Below, one piece after another: positions 21,339 through 31,335 of a stretch of DNA of 64,000 bases (position 1 is its first letter; every line of letters begins with the position of its first letter). The DNA is taken from the NCBI GenBank assembly GCA_965233585.1, contig CBDDTI010000747.1:96001-160000 (forward strand), given 5' to 3'. The notes below the pieces were generated by a model. The model did not search any database and had not been told where the DNA came from. It was given only the letters and a program-made list of their open reading frames with translations. The position numbers and the translations under genes are program-made. The DNA is from a bacterium. GTDB taxonomy: Bacteria > SAR324 > NAC60-12.

Positions 21339-22345
21339 TGTCAAATTTTCAAGCCAACAAACAACTTGTCTTAGATTTATATCGCGAGTTAGAAAAAGCA
21401 CAGGGAGATGAGCTAAAATCTGTGTTCTGTCGTTACGCAAGCCAAGATTACCATTGGCGGGGAATGCACCCTTTTCACGAGCAGCAAGGCATTGATGCTG
21501 TTTGCGAGGTCTTTTGGAAGCCATTGAAAATGTCATTCACTTCTTTACAAAGGCGTCCTGATGTCTTGATGGCAGGGTTAAACGATGTGGACAATGGGCA
21601 AACCGAGTGGGTTTGTAGCATGGGGCATTTGATGGGATTGTTTGACCAAGCATGGCTAGGTATTCCACCAACAAAAAAGATGGCATTCTTCCGTTATGCC
21701 GAATTTCATTGCATTCAGAAACAAAAAATCACTGAAACAGCTTTGTTCTTTGACGTCATTAGCATCATGCAACAAGCAGGGCATTATCCCTTACCTCCGC
21801 AAACAGGGGCATTTTTCATTCACCCAGGACCCAAAACGCATGACGGATTGCTGTTTGACAAACAAGCCTCTGATGAGTCCCAAAAAACTTTAGACCTAGT
21901 TAAAACAATGTGTTCTCATTTGGCTGACCTAAATGAAAGTAACGAACGTTGCCCCCCTGAATTATTAGCACAAACTTGGCATGATGACATGGTCTGGTAT
22001 GGTCCTGCTGGAATTGGTGCAACCTATACCATTCCTAGATACCAAAAACAACACCAATACCCGTTCCGTGACCATCTTAAAAACAAAGTGTTTAATGGTC
22101 ATGTCTGCCGTTTTGCAGAAGGGAAGTATGCGGGTTTTTTTGGCTGGGCTAATTTAACGAATACACCCACAGGGGGCTTTTTAGGGTTACCTGCTAATGA
22201 AACACGTGCCGATATGAGAGTCGTAGATATTTACAGACGAGAAGGAAACAAACTTGCAGAAAATTGGGTGTTCATGGACTTGCTGCATTACCTCAATATG
22301 CAAGGCTTGGATCTTTTGAAACGTCTCAAAGACCTCACTGGCTAA
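21335..22345 (+). CDS. SnoaL-like/ester cyclase double-domain protein
   Basis: WLGIPPTKK, WYGPAGIG, RVVDIYRREGNKLAENWV; start may be the ATG at 21338. Confidence 0.78.
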   Translation: MMSNFQANKQLVLDLYRELEKAQGDELKSVFCRYASQDYHWRGMHPFHEQQGIDAVCEVFWKPLKMSFTSLQRRPDVLMAGLNDVDNGQTEWVCSMGHLMGLFDQAWLGIPPTKKMAFFRYAEFHCIQKQKITETALFFDVISIMQQAGHYPLPPQTGAFFIHPGPKTHDGLLFDKQASDESQKTLDLVKTMCSHLADLNESNERCPPELLAQTWHDDMVWYGPAGIGATYTIPRYQKQHQYPFRDHLKNKVFNGHVCRFAEGKYAGFFGWANLTNTPTGGFLGLPANETRADMRVVDIYRREGNKLAENWVFMDLLHYLNMQGLDLLKRLKDLTG

Positions 22346-22385
22346 AACTTGACCAAACCTATAAACCTCTAATTAAAGATACAAA

Positions 22386-23468
22386 ATGATGACGGAACAA
22401 TCCCCAATCGCATTGATTCACAACTACACTCAAGAAGCCATTCAATGCCCCACTGAAGAGGTGTTGCAAAAATACTTTGCACCCGATTTCAAGTTTCATG
22501 CAGGGTATCCCATTGATGATTTGCTCACTCTGACTGATGTTGCCACAAAATTTTGGCAACCTTTGAAAGATGCTTTTGAGGGCTTAAAACGGATTGAACA
22601 TATTGCACTTGATGGAACTTGTGCGATTGACGGCAAGACATGGGTTGCTTGCACAGGTCGCTACGTTGGGAACTTCACCAAGCCTTTGCTTAGCATTCCT
22701 GCAAATCAATCTTCTGCACACCTGCGTTTTGGTGAATTTTATTGCATAGAAGCTGGCAAGATTGTTGAAGTGTATACGTTGTTGGATTATGTGCATTTGA
22801 TGAAAGATGTAGGTGTGTCTGCCCTCCCCAAAACGCTTGGCTCTGACGAAGATGTCCCACCTCCCCAAACATCAGATGGCTTGCAGTATGGTGATGCTGA
22901 CCCAAAAATGAGTCAGCAAAGTCTGTCATTAGTGATGTGCATGCTTGCCGAGTTACTGGTTGATCGTCAAACCTCCAGTCAACAAAGAAGCTATTGGGCA
23001 GATGACATGGTTTGGTATGGACCCTCAGGGATTGGGACTTTTCGCAGCCTCAAGTCTTTTGCTCTCTATCGGAGTGCTTTTTTAAATACTTTCCCAGACC
23101 GTGATTATGGCAATCATCATGGCGTCATCTCAAAAAATGCTTATGTTGCAGTAGTCGGGTGGAAGGGAGTGCATGCAACGCATCAAGGTTCAGGTTGGTT
23201 TGGACTTGCTCCAACAGGTCAAAAAATTACATTGAGACTCATGGATTTTTGGAGGCTGGAACAAAACCTGATTCAAGAAAATTGGGTTTTGATTGACATT
23301 CCTCATTTTTTCACGCAATTAGGGATTGACCTGTTTAGATGTATTAATTATCTTTACCTGAAATCTCCGTTTGAAGTGCCTCAATCTTCTGGCAAATCTC
23401 CTATTGAAACCCGTGAAGATGCGCAATTCAAACAATTTTTAACCAAATGTTACCAAGAATCGCTGTGA
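22386..23468 (+). CDS. SnoaL-like/ester cyclase double-domain protein (paralog of the previous gene)
   Basis: WYGPSGIG, WFGLAPTGQKITLRLMDFWR..ENWVLID. Confidence 0.78.
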   Translation: MMTEQSPIALIHNYTQEAIQCPTEEVLQKYFAPDFKFHAGYPIDDLLTLTDVATKFWQPLKDAFEGLKRIEHIALDGTCAIDGKTWVACTGRYVGNFTKPLLSIPANQSSAHLRFGEFYCIEAGKIVEVYTLLDYVHLMKDVGVSALPKTLGSDEDVPPPQTSDGLQYGDADPKMSQQSLSLVMCMLAELLVDRQTSSQQRSYWADDMVWYGPSGIGTFRSLKSFALYRSAFLNTFPDRDYGNHHGVISKNAYVAVVGWKGVHATHQGSGWFGLAPTGQKITLRLMDFWRLEQNLIQENWVLIDIPHFFTQLGIDLFRCINYLYLKSPFEVPQSSGKSPIETREDAQFKQFLTKCYQESL

Positions 23469-23510
23469 TAACATGGTGACGTTTTTATCTTTAAATCAAA
23501 AGGAATCAAA

Positions 23511-24752
23511 ATGAAAAATTATTTTAAAACAATGATGATGGCTTCTTTAGGAAGCGTGATGGGTGCAAGTGTTGCGTTGGCAGACAAGTGTGACGTCAGT
23601 GCCAGCGGAACGTATGGGTTTATTTCAAACTCTACTCCTCTGTTTGTGGACTTTGGAAAAGAATTGAAATCAAATTGCGATGTTGATGTGCAATGGAAGG
23701 CGTTGGTTGAAAATAATCCTCCAACGTTAGAAGGATTGTCTGTTCCCAAGTCGCCATTTGCAGGTGTGGTGTTGTCTAATAGTCAATTTGGAGATTACAA
23801 CTCTCAAGGATTGTTGAGACCTTTAGATGATTTGTTGAAAAAATATCGCAGTCAGTATTCATTTTTGACAGACAATATGTTGATTAAGGTTGATGGGAAA
23901 GTCTATGCGATTGCCTTTAAATCTAATCTGCAACACTTGATTTATCGTAAAGATTTGTTTCAAAAATACGGAATTGAAGAACCCCAAACCTTTGATGAAG
24001 TCATTGCTGCTGCCAAAAAGTTACGTGGTAAAAAAGACGTAGATTATGCTTTTGGCGCAGCATTTAAATCAGGTTGGAACTTAGCAACAGAATTTACAAA
24101 CTTGTATCTTTCTACTGGCGATGAGTTTTTTAAATCAGGTTTTCAACCAAACCTTTACAGAAACAAAAATGCCTCTCGTGCCTTAAAAACACTAAAGAAA
24201 CTCTATGGGTATTCTTCCCCGAATAGTCTTGCTTTAGCGTCTGGAGACGTCACGTCGTTGTTTCAAAGTGGTCAGATTGGGATCATGCAAATCTGGGCAA
24301 CACGTGCTTCTGCTACTGAAGACCCTAAACTTTCTAAAGTGATTGGAAAAGTTGAGATAGGAAGTGCAGCAAAACTTTCTGCAAGTGACCCCTACACTGC
24401 CTCTGCTTTATGGTGGGACGGCTTTGCTATTCCCAAAACAACAACCAACGACCCAGAAACCACTTTTAAGTTATTCATGGAACTTTTGGATAAAGAAACA
24501 GTGTCTAAATCATCTGACAAAGCAGTTTGGATTTCTCCTTACTACAAGGCTGGTCAATATTCAAAAGGAGTCACTAAAACGATTGCCAATCAAGTAAGAG
24601 TCTGGCCCAATGAACCCCAATTTTCCATTTTACATAGTGCTTTGGGTAAATACTTGCCTGACTATCTGCATGGTTCTCGTACCTTAACCCAGACTATGAA
24701 AAGGGTAGAAGCTGAATACAAAAAAGTAGCTAAAGAAAAAGGCTTCCTTTAA
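23511..24752 (+). CDS. Sugar-type ABC transporter substrate-binding protein
   Basis: Signal peptide ending VALA; DGKVYAIAF..HLIYRKDLF..PQTFDEVIAAAKKL. Confidence 0.88.
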   Translation: MKNYFKTMMMASLGSVMGASVALADKCDVSASGTYGFISNSTPLFVDFGKELKSNCDVDVQWKALVENNPPTLEGLSVPKSPFAGVVLSNSQFGDYNSQGLLRPLDDLLKKYRSQYSFLTDNMLIKVDGKVYAIAFKSNLQHLIYRKDLFQKYGIEEPQTFDEVIAAAKKLRGKKDVDYAFGAAFKSGWNLATEFTNLYLSTGDEFFKSGFQPNLYRNKNASRALKTLKKLYGYSSPNSLALASGDVTSLFQSGQIGIMQIWATRASATEDPKLSKVIGKVEIGSAAKLSASDPYTASALWWDGFAIPKTTTNDPETTFKLFMELLDKETVSKSSDKAVWISPYYKAGQYSKGVTKTIANQVRVWPNEPQFSILHSALGKYLPDYLHGSRTLTQTMKRVEAEYKKVAKEKGFL

Positions 24753-24769
24753 TCCGTCTAATCCATTCA

Positions 24770-24810
24770 AAAAGACATTGCAACGTTTTTTGAACTTCAC
24801 AATGTCTTTT
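24770..24810 (+). terminator. Intercistronic hairpin after the binding-protein gene (partial terminator or mRNA stabiliser)
   Basis: 11-bp perfect stem AAAAGACATTG / CAATGTCTTTT with a 19-nt loop. Confidence 0.5.
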
Positions 24811-24844
24811 CTTCTCATATCTTCAATTTTCAAGCCCATCAACT

Positions 24845-25876
24845 ATGGATCGCAAGACATTCCTCATCTTTATCGCACCAACTTTAGTAGCAATGACCAT
24901 TTTGATTGCATTGCCACTGGTGGGGGTCGTGTACATCAGCACCTTAAATTCTTATGTTAAGACAGAGCTGAAGGAAGTAGAAGAGACCAATCCCCTGTTG
25001 GGCACTGTGAAAAAAACAATCTCTCAACCTGTTTTAGATGAGAACGGGAATGCCATCAGGATTTGGGAAGATGTGGGAATAGACAATTACAAAAGTTTGA
25101 TAGGGCTAGAGGCGATTTTAGAGGCAGTGTCGGAAGAAAAAGAAGATGGGTTGAATGTTTTTGGGTGGCTGTATCAAATCATCTCAGATGTCGCTTTTTT
25201 GAGTGCCTTAGAATTTACAATCTTATATGTTTTGGTGACCACTCCTTTTGTGCTGGTCTTGGGCTTTTTAAGTGCCTTAGCAGTCAACAAAATGACTCGC
25301 TTTTTAAAAGCCATCTTTATCCCCGCAACGCTCTTGCCATTTATCATCACTCCCGTCGTTGGAGCATTATCTATTAAATGGCTGTTTATAGACAATGCTG
25401 TCATCACAGTCATGTTAGAAAATATTGGATTGGGCAAAATTTATTTTCTTGAAAGCAAATGGACTACACGTTTCTTAATCATACTTTATGGAGTGTGGCA
25501 CATGACCCCTTTTGCCTTTGTGGTGTTATATGCAGGATTACAAACCATTTCAGAAGATGCACTAGAAGCCGCTAGAGTTGATGGGGCATCAAAATTTCAG
25601 TGCGTTTGGTATGTAGTGATTCCGTCATTAGTCCCGTTGTTTGTTTTTATTTTGTTGATTCATGTCATGGATGCTTACCGAGTGTTTGAGCCTGTGTTGG
25701 TGTTTTCTGGAGGCAATAATGCAACCTCACTCCAATTCTTGACCTATGATATTTTGGCAACAGAAAGCAACTTTTTTAAAGCGTCAGCTGCTGCAGTTGC
25801 GACAATAGTTGGAGTGATTTTGTTGCTTTCTCCAATGATTGTGCGCACCTATCGTGAATATCGTAGAGGTCTTTAA
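24845..25876 (+). CDS. Sugar ABC transporter permease
   Basis: EAARVDGAS EAA loop, multiple TM helices. Confidence 0.92.
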   Translation: MDRKTFLIFIAPTLVAMTILIALPLVGVVYISTLNSYVKTELKEVEETNPLLGTVKKTISQPVLDENGNAIRIWEDVGIDNYKSLIGLEAILEAVSEEKEDGLNVFGWLYQIISDVAFLSALEFTILYVLVTTPFVLVLGFLSALAVNKMTRFLKAIFIPATLLPFIITPVVGALSIKWLFIDNAVITVMLENIGLGKIYFLESKWTTRFLIILYGVWHMTPFAFVVLYAGLQTISEDALEAARVDGASKFQCVWYVVIPSLVPLFVFILLIHVMDAYRVFEPVLVFSGGNNATSLQFLTYDILATESNFFKASAAAVATIVGVILLLSPMIVRTYREYRRGL

Positions 25877-26715
25877 TGTTGCAAAAACTCAATCCTTTCA
25901 TCTCTAAAACTGCCCTGTCCACTTTGTTAATGGCATGGCTCATCGTGGGGGTCTTTCCGTTCTTGTGGATGACGATTATTTCATTTCGCCTGCCTGTTGA
26001 TGCCTTTTCAAGTTCTCCGACTTTGTTCACTTCTTATACTTTAGAAAATTTTTATAAAGTTTGGGTAGAAGATGCGTTTTACTGGAATTTTTTGAACACC
26101 ATCATTGTTACTGCTGGCGTAACTTGTATTTCTTTAGCATTAGGTTGTTTGGGCGGCTATGCACTTTCTCGCTATACAGGGAGCTTGGGTTTTTGGATTT
26201 TGTTAGTGGCTCTCATCTTTCGTGCCTTACCATATACTTCATTATTGCCTGCCTACAAATTAGTCTTTCACGAGCTGGGAATCATCAATCGCTATGAAAC
26301 GATTATTCTTGTGTTGGTGGTGTTAAACCAACCGTTTACTTTGTGGATGTTGCGTTCTTTCTTTGTAGGGATTCCCAAAGACCTAGATGAGGCGGCATTA
26401 GTAGATGGATGCGGTAGGATTAGTGCTTTTTTTAGAGTGATTATGCCAGTCATGTGGCCTGGGGTTGTCACAACAGGTCTTTTTTCTTTGCTGTTGGCAT
26501 ACAATGATTTTGTCATCTCCAGTCAGCTTTTGGTAGGAGACAAGCAAACAGTGGTCTCTGCATTGAGTATCTACATGAACGCAGATGATGACCAGTATTT
26601 ATTGATGCAGGGGATTGCAGGTGCAGTCTCTGTAATGATTCCCCTCGTGGTTCTTGTCATCTTCTTTCAAAGACGCATCGTTGCAGGGTTAGTGCAAGGT
26701 GCTGTCAAAGGTTAG
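25876..26715 (+). CDS. Sugar ABC transporter permease
   Basis: LDEAALVDGC, C-terminal GAVKG. Confidence 0.93.
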   Translation: MLQKLNPFISKTALSTLLMAWLIVGVFPFLWMTIISFRLPVDAFSSSPTLFTSYTLENFYKVWVEDAFYWNFLNTIIVTAGVTCISLALGCLGGYALSRYTGSLGFWILLVALIFRALPYTSLLPAYKLVFHELGIINRYETIILVLVVLNQPFTLWMLRSFFVGIPKDLDEAALVDGCGRISAFFRVIMPVMWPGVVTTGLFSLLLAYNDFVISSQLLVGDKQTVVSALSIYMNADDDQYLLMQGIAGAVSVMIPLVVLVIFFQRRIVAGLVQGAVKG

Positions 26716-26863
26716 CAGGTTGATTTTTTGACCTGCTCTTGTCATCTTACAAAGTCTTCTTAAGACTCCTTTTTTAGCTTGGTCTAAGCCATTGAGATTG
26801 GCTCACTCATTGAGATTAAGCCACTTCATTCAAAAATCAGTTTTTAGATTTTCTGGAAAAACG

Positions 26864-27919
26864 ATGTTAAAAGTCATGTTCACAGGAGGGGGTTCAGGAG
26901 GTCCAACAATCCCTTTGATTTGTGTATATGAAACACTACAAAACAAATTAGGCAAGGACAAGGTTGATGCTTTGTTTTTGGGAACGTATGGTGGGGTGGA
27001 AAAACCTTTGGTGGAGGAGGCAGGTCTTCGGTTTGAGCCAATTCCTTCTGGCAAATTAAGGAGGTATTGGAGCTGGCAAAATTTGCGTGATCCTTTTTAT
27101 ATCGTGGCAGGTTTTTTTGTGGGATTGCTCAAACTGATTCAGTTTCGTCCAAATGTTGTGGTGTCAGCAGGCAGTTTTGCAAGCGTCCCTGTGGCATACG
27201 CCTCAAAAATGCTGGGCATTCCTCATCTCATTTTACAGATGGATGTCAAGGCAGGTTTAGCAAATCGTTTGATGAAATTGGCAAGCGTCGCCGTGGCACA
27301 TTGGTTTGAATCGTCTGCCAAGCAATTTCAAGGGATTCCAACGTACCAGATTGGAATGATTGCACGGCAAGCAGTTAAAAATGGAAGCCCTCATCGTGCT
27401 AACGAATGCTTTGGCTTAAAACCTGACCAACCATTGCTTTTGATTACAGGGGGCGGACAAGGTGCGTTAGGACTCAACTTGGCACTGGAGAAGGTTTTGA
27501 CGTTTTTACTTGAATCATTTCAAATCATACATCTGACAGGCAAGTCTTATCAGCCAAAAACTTACGAAGGCTATCAAACTTTTGAATTGATGACAACACA
27601 GATGGGAGATTTGCTGGCACGTGCGGACTTAGTCATCACACGTGCTGGAATGAGTGCCATTGCAGAGTTAGTGAGTTTGCAAAAGGATATGATTGTCGTA
27701 CCACTGCCTCATTCACACCAAGAAGACAATGCCAGACAAATCCAAGAAGGTGCTTTTTATTTGGCTCAAGAGGACATCAGCCTCCAGTGGTTTCAAGATT
27801 TTTTAAAATCTTATCAAAAAGGTAAAATCAAAAACCTTTCAACACTTACAAATGGTGAAGAAGCCTTTGCCTCTCTCATCTTAAAATATGCAAAAGGCAA
27901 CACTCTAAAAACTGCATGA
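26864..27919 (+). CDS. murG: MurG-like GT28 glycosyltransferase
   Basis: FTGGGSGG, SGKLRRY, GGGQGA, TRAGMSAIAE, HQEDNA; ATG at 26864 preferred. Confidence 0.8.
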   Translation: MLKVMFTGGGSGGPTIPLICVYETLQNKLGKDKVDALFLGTYGGVEKPLVEEAGLRFEPIPSGKLRRYWSWQNLRDPFYIVAGFFVGLLKLIQFRPNVVVSAGSFASVPVAYASKMLGIPHLILQMDVKAGLANRLMKLASVAVAHWFESSAKQFQGIPTYQIGMIARQAVKNGSPHRANECFGLKPDQPLLLITGGGQGALGLNLALEKVLTFLLESFQIIHLTGKSYQPKTYEGYQTFELMTTQMGDLLARADLVITRAGMSAIAELVSLQKDMIVVPLPHSHQEDNARQIQEGAFYLAQEDISLQWFQDFLKSYQKGKIKNLSTLTNGEEAFASLILKYAKGNTLKTA

Positions 27920-27943
27920 GCTTCATCAAAAAAGCATGTGCTG

Positions 27944-28939
27944 CTACAAATCTTCAAAGGCTTCAAAATTTCCATAACCAAAGGGGCTATATACCCTGAT
28001 TTTGACGATGGTTTGAGTGGTTAATAATTTTTGGTCTTCCAACTTCAAAGAAAACGTAGTCGTCTCCCCGTTCAGCATTTTGATTGGTTCTCTTCCCCTG
28101 TCAACAGACATAAAAAAGATGGGTTCATCGTTTGCGGCAAAGAAGACTAGCAAAGGAGTCAAGTCAAAATCCCCTTCTTCAATATTTTCGTTGTGTACAT
28201 GTTTGTTAGTCCAAAGACTCAATTCACGCTCTGGGGCATCGTTTTTTAGTTCAGTGTGCTTAAAATCTACATCAAGTTTGACAATACTATTAAAATCATC
28301 TACTGCTAGGTTTCTGATAGCAGTTGGTCGGACAGCTACCTCGGGTTGATAGTATTTTCGTTTGTCATAGGAAATAGACTGAATGATAAAACGTAGACTA
28401 GCAAAATCATTAGGGTCTCCACTCAGTGTTAAAGAGGCTCTAATATACCCTGTTTCTCCTTTTGCCAAACATGAGTTTGACCCCGTTTCTAAAAAGCCAA
28501 AACTTCCCAAGATAGGAATACGATTTTTCTCCTGATTTGATGGACTATCGCCATACTTGGTTGCCAAATTCAAAACTCCAATCCAACAATAGCCTTGATT
28601 TCCCACATTTTTAATGGGAATGGTCACATAACCCTGTGTAATTCCTAACCCAACAAGAGGGACATACAATGTTGCATTTTGGACGTTGAAGTCAGACGTC
28701 GGGTTGGTGACAGAAACTGGCACATTACGCCTCAAAGACCCTCTAAAACCTGCATTGCTGAGTGTCACAGCAGACACTTGGTTGGCTGGAAAATCTTGAT
28801 AGTTATTACCTGCCTTAAATTCTTCATCTTGTGGCATTTGATCATCAAACTCATTTTGATTCTTCTCAGCACAGCCTGTTGCGATGAGCAATAGCATCAC
28901 AAGACAAAACCTAAACAACCAAGAGACTTGTTTCAACAT
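27944..28939 (-). CDS. Hypothetical lipoprotein
   Basis: Lipobox-like LIATGC after a hydrophobic signal; beta-rich body. Confidence 0.65.
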   Translation of the reverse strand: MLKQVSWLFRFCLVMLLLIATGCAEKNQNEFDDQMPQDEEFKAGNNYQDFPANQVSAVTLSNAGFRGSLRRNVPVSVTNPTSDFNVQNATLYVPLVGLGITQGYVTIPIKNVGNQGYCWIGVLNLATKYGDSPSNQEKNRIPILGSFGFLETGSNSCLAKGETGYIRASLTLSGDPNDFASLRFIIQSISYDKRKYYQPEVAVRPTAIRNLAVDDFNSIVKLDVDFKHTELKNDAPERELSLWTNKHVHNENIEEGDFDLTPLLVFFAANDEPIFFMSVDRGREPIKMLNGETTTFSLKLEDQKLLTTQTIVKIRVYSPFGYGNFEAFEDL

Positions 28940-29096
28940 AAATTCCTCTGATAAAAATTGTATTTTTTGATTTCTTGCTTCGGTTAATGATTTTTCTCAC
29001 TTGGTGCTTGGCTCTGCACTGAAACAAATGAAAAATCATCAAGCATCTTCAACGTTTGCGTTATATTGATTTTGTAAAACTGCATTACAAGATCAA

Positions 29097-29393
29097 TTAT
29101 TTATTTTTATAATTTTCTCCTAAATTTTTTAATAAATCATAAACTTTATCTCTTTTTTCAATTACAAATATAAATATAAAATCATTTTCTACTTTATATT
29201 CATAAATAATTCTATAAAAATTAACTCTTACACGATATAAAAAATATCCTTTTAATCTAATACAAGAATCAGGTAAAGGTTCATCAGTAAGTTCTTTTAT
29301 TTTTTGAGAAATATCTTTTGCAACCTTTACGTCTCCTTTTTCTAAAAATTTTAACTTTTTTGTAGCCTGTTTAGAAAATCTTAAATTAAGCAT
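29097..29393 (-). CDS. RelE/ParE-family toxin
   Basis: FSKQATKKL..LKGYFLYRVRVNFYRIIY..IEKRDKVY; basic, 98 aa. Confidence 0.88.
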   Translation of the reverse strand: MLNLRFSKQATKKLKFLEKGDVKVAKDISQKIKELTDEPLPDSCIRLKGYFLYRVRVNFYRIIYEYKVENDFIFIFVIEKRDKVYDLLKNLGENYKNK

Positions 29394-29604
29394 TTTGAAT
29401 GCGGTTTAACAATTCAATAGATTCCTCATGACCTATGCTATCTTCTTTCATTGCTTGAGATGCAAGTTCTCCCCATGCTCTATCTTCCAACTCTCCAAAA
29501 TCACGAAGAATATCTAATATGCAATTATTTAAACTTTTTCCTCTTGCTTCTGCTAACTCTTGCAAATCTTCTTCTAATTCCTTTGGTAAATCTAATGTAA
29601 CCAT
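29386..29604 (-). CDS. RHH/CopG-like antitoxin
   Basis: VTLDLPKELEEDLQELAEARGKSLN; acidic; overlaps the toxin start. Confidence 0.82.
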   Translation of the reverse strand: MVTLDLPKELEEDLQELAEARGKSLNNCILDILRDFGELEDRAWGELASQAMKEDSIGHEESIELLNRIQNA

Positions 29605-29725
29605 AATTTAACTCCTAAAAAATAAAATAATTAAACAAATCAATCATAACCATAAATTTATAAAAATCAAATTTTTTACCCTCTAAATCAAAATCCCTTT
29701 CATATTCTTGATGATTTAGAATAGA

Positions 29726-31018
29726 TTAAAAAGGGTTACCAAAAAAGGCAGTCAGTTGCTCGCCCTCTTCTCCTGTTGCATAATCCAAACGCAAGATGAC
29801 TCCGCCTAAAATGATACGGAAGCCAAGACCTGCTGAATATTTAAACTCTTTAAATTCTTGTGTTCTGGAGACACTTCCTACATCAAGAAAAGTGGCAAGT
29901 TGCAAAGCATTGAACAATCCCTTCTCAATCACCCAATCAAAATCCCGACTGCTTTCTGCAAAATAAAATCGGTATTCCATGCCAAAGAAGGCAGTGTTAG
30001 AGTCCCAAAACCTTCCGACTGGGTAGCTCCTTAAACGTCTGGCACCACCAAGAGTTGTTGACCCCATCGTGTCATTTTTTTCCAGCCTCAAATAACGGTC
30101 TATTCCTGCATTGTGAACTAAACAGAACTCAAGGGGTGTCATCGTTTCAGGGTCATATCCTTCTTCTTCCTCTTTGCCTGTCTCTATGTTTGAGATACAT
30201 TGATTGACGTCACGTTCTTGGTCGCTGCTAAAAAAACGATGGTCTTTTTGAGAAGACACGGCTTCAGAAAAAAAGAGATTATACACAAAAACATCTTGCT
30301 TGTTATTCATGTCAATAAAATGAGTCCATGAATAATCATTGATAGTGAAGTTAAAAACGTCTTCCATAAAACCTGATGTGTATTGTTCAAACCCTACGGT
30401 AAAGCCTTCTCGTGGGTCAACAGCATCGTCAGTATTGTCCCACTTCGCACCAGCTCGTTTGATGACGGGTTTAAACACATTCAGAATCTTGTACAGGTTA
30501 GCATCTTGACTCACAGCCTCTGAGAACGACTCAACTTTGCGTTCTTTGATAGATTTGACTTTGAAAACGTTGGCAGAATATCCAAAATAAAATTGCAACT
30601 GCCTTTCCCAAAAATACAGCGATAACTCTGCACCAAGTAGCTGTGAGCTTTCTAACTCAACATCAAGAATCGGTTCTTCAGAAGAATCTATCCCGCGGTC
30701 ATACATGGTAAACGTTCCTCTGTCTATCGTGGCTCCCGCAAACGAGAACGTAAAATGTTTTGTAAAAAGAGGAATATCAATCAATGCCACCGATGTAAAA
30801 TCCCATTCTCCCTGAATCTTCACCACCGAAAAATTGAAATCACTGTACAACCAACTAAAACCTGCACCATATCCTGTGCCAACACCGGGCACCGTGTAAA
30901 CAACAGGATAAAGAAAATATGAGACGTCGTCATTCTCTTTTGCTGGACGATCCACGATAATATCTGCAAAAGCACTGCTGACCACCAACAAATGAAACCA
31001 AAAAAATAAATATTTCAT
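29726..31018 (-). CDS. BamA/TamA-like outer-membrane beta-barrel protein
   Basis: Signal peptide, LGGARRLRSYPVGRF loop motif, GLGFR..RLDYA, terminal Phe. Confidence 0.72.
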   Translation of the reverse strand: MKYLFFWFHLLVVSSAFADIIVDRPAKENDDVSYFLYPVVYTVPGVGTGYGAGFSWLYSDFNFSVVKIQGEWDFTSVALIDIPLFTKHFTFSFAGATIDRGTFTMYDRGIDSSEEPILDVELESSQLLGAELSLYFWERQLQFYFGYSANVFKVKSIKERKVESFSEAVSQDANLYKILNVFKPVIKRAGAKWDNTDDAVDPREGFTVGFEQYTSGFMEDVFNFTINDYSWTHFIDMNNKQDVFVYNLFFSEAVSSQKDHRFFSSDQERDVNQCISNIETGKEEEEGYDPETMTPLEFCLVHNAGIDRYLRLEKNDTMGSTTLGGARRLRSYPVGRFWDSNTAFFGMEYRFYFAESSRDFDWVIEKGLFNALQLATFLDVGSVSRTQEFKEFKYSAGLGFRIILGGVILRLDYATGEEGEQLTAFFGNPF

Positions 31019-31273
31019 CTAAGAATATCATTCAAATTAAGTTGATAGATTGAAGGACGCAAGAATTAACCTCTTTGGACAAAGAAAACCATTTAAACAC
31101 GAAAATTGAGCAAAGCAAGAATCAGCCCTTTTTTGAACAAAAAGCTGAAACAAAAAACTTTTAGAAATTGACCATCAAAAATATTGAAGACATCAATATA
31201 AAGTGATGAATTAAGAAATGCAATAATAATTACTTTTTAGTAAACTAAACTTAAAATAAAAAATATTAAAAAC

Positions 31274-31302
31274 TTGACATCATAAGAAACTTTTTTTAAA
31301 AT
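31274..31302 (+). promoter_or_regulatory. Sigma70-like promoter of the propeller lipoprotein gene
   Basis: TTGACA (31274-31279), 17 bp, TAAAAT (31297-31302). Confidence 0.65.
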
Positions 31303-31335
31303 GCTCTGTTAAATAAATTTTTACCACCTTAACCA

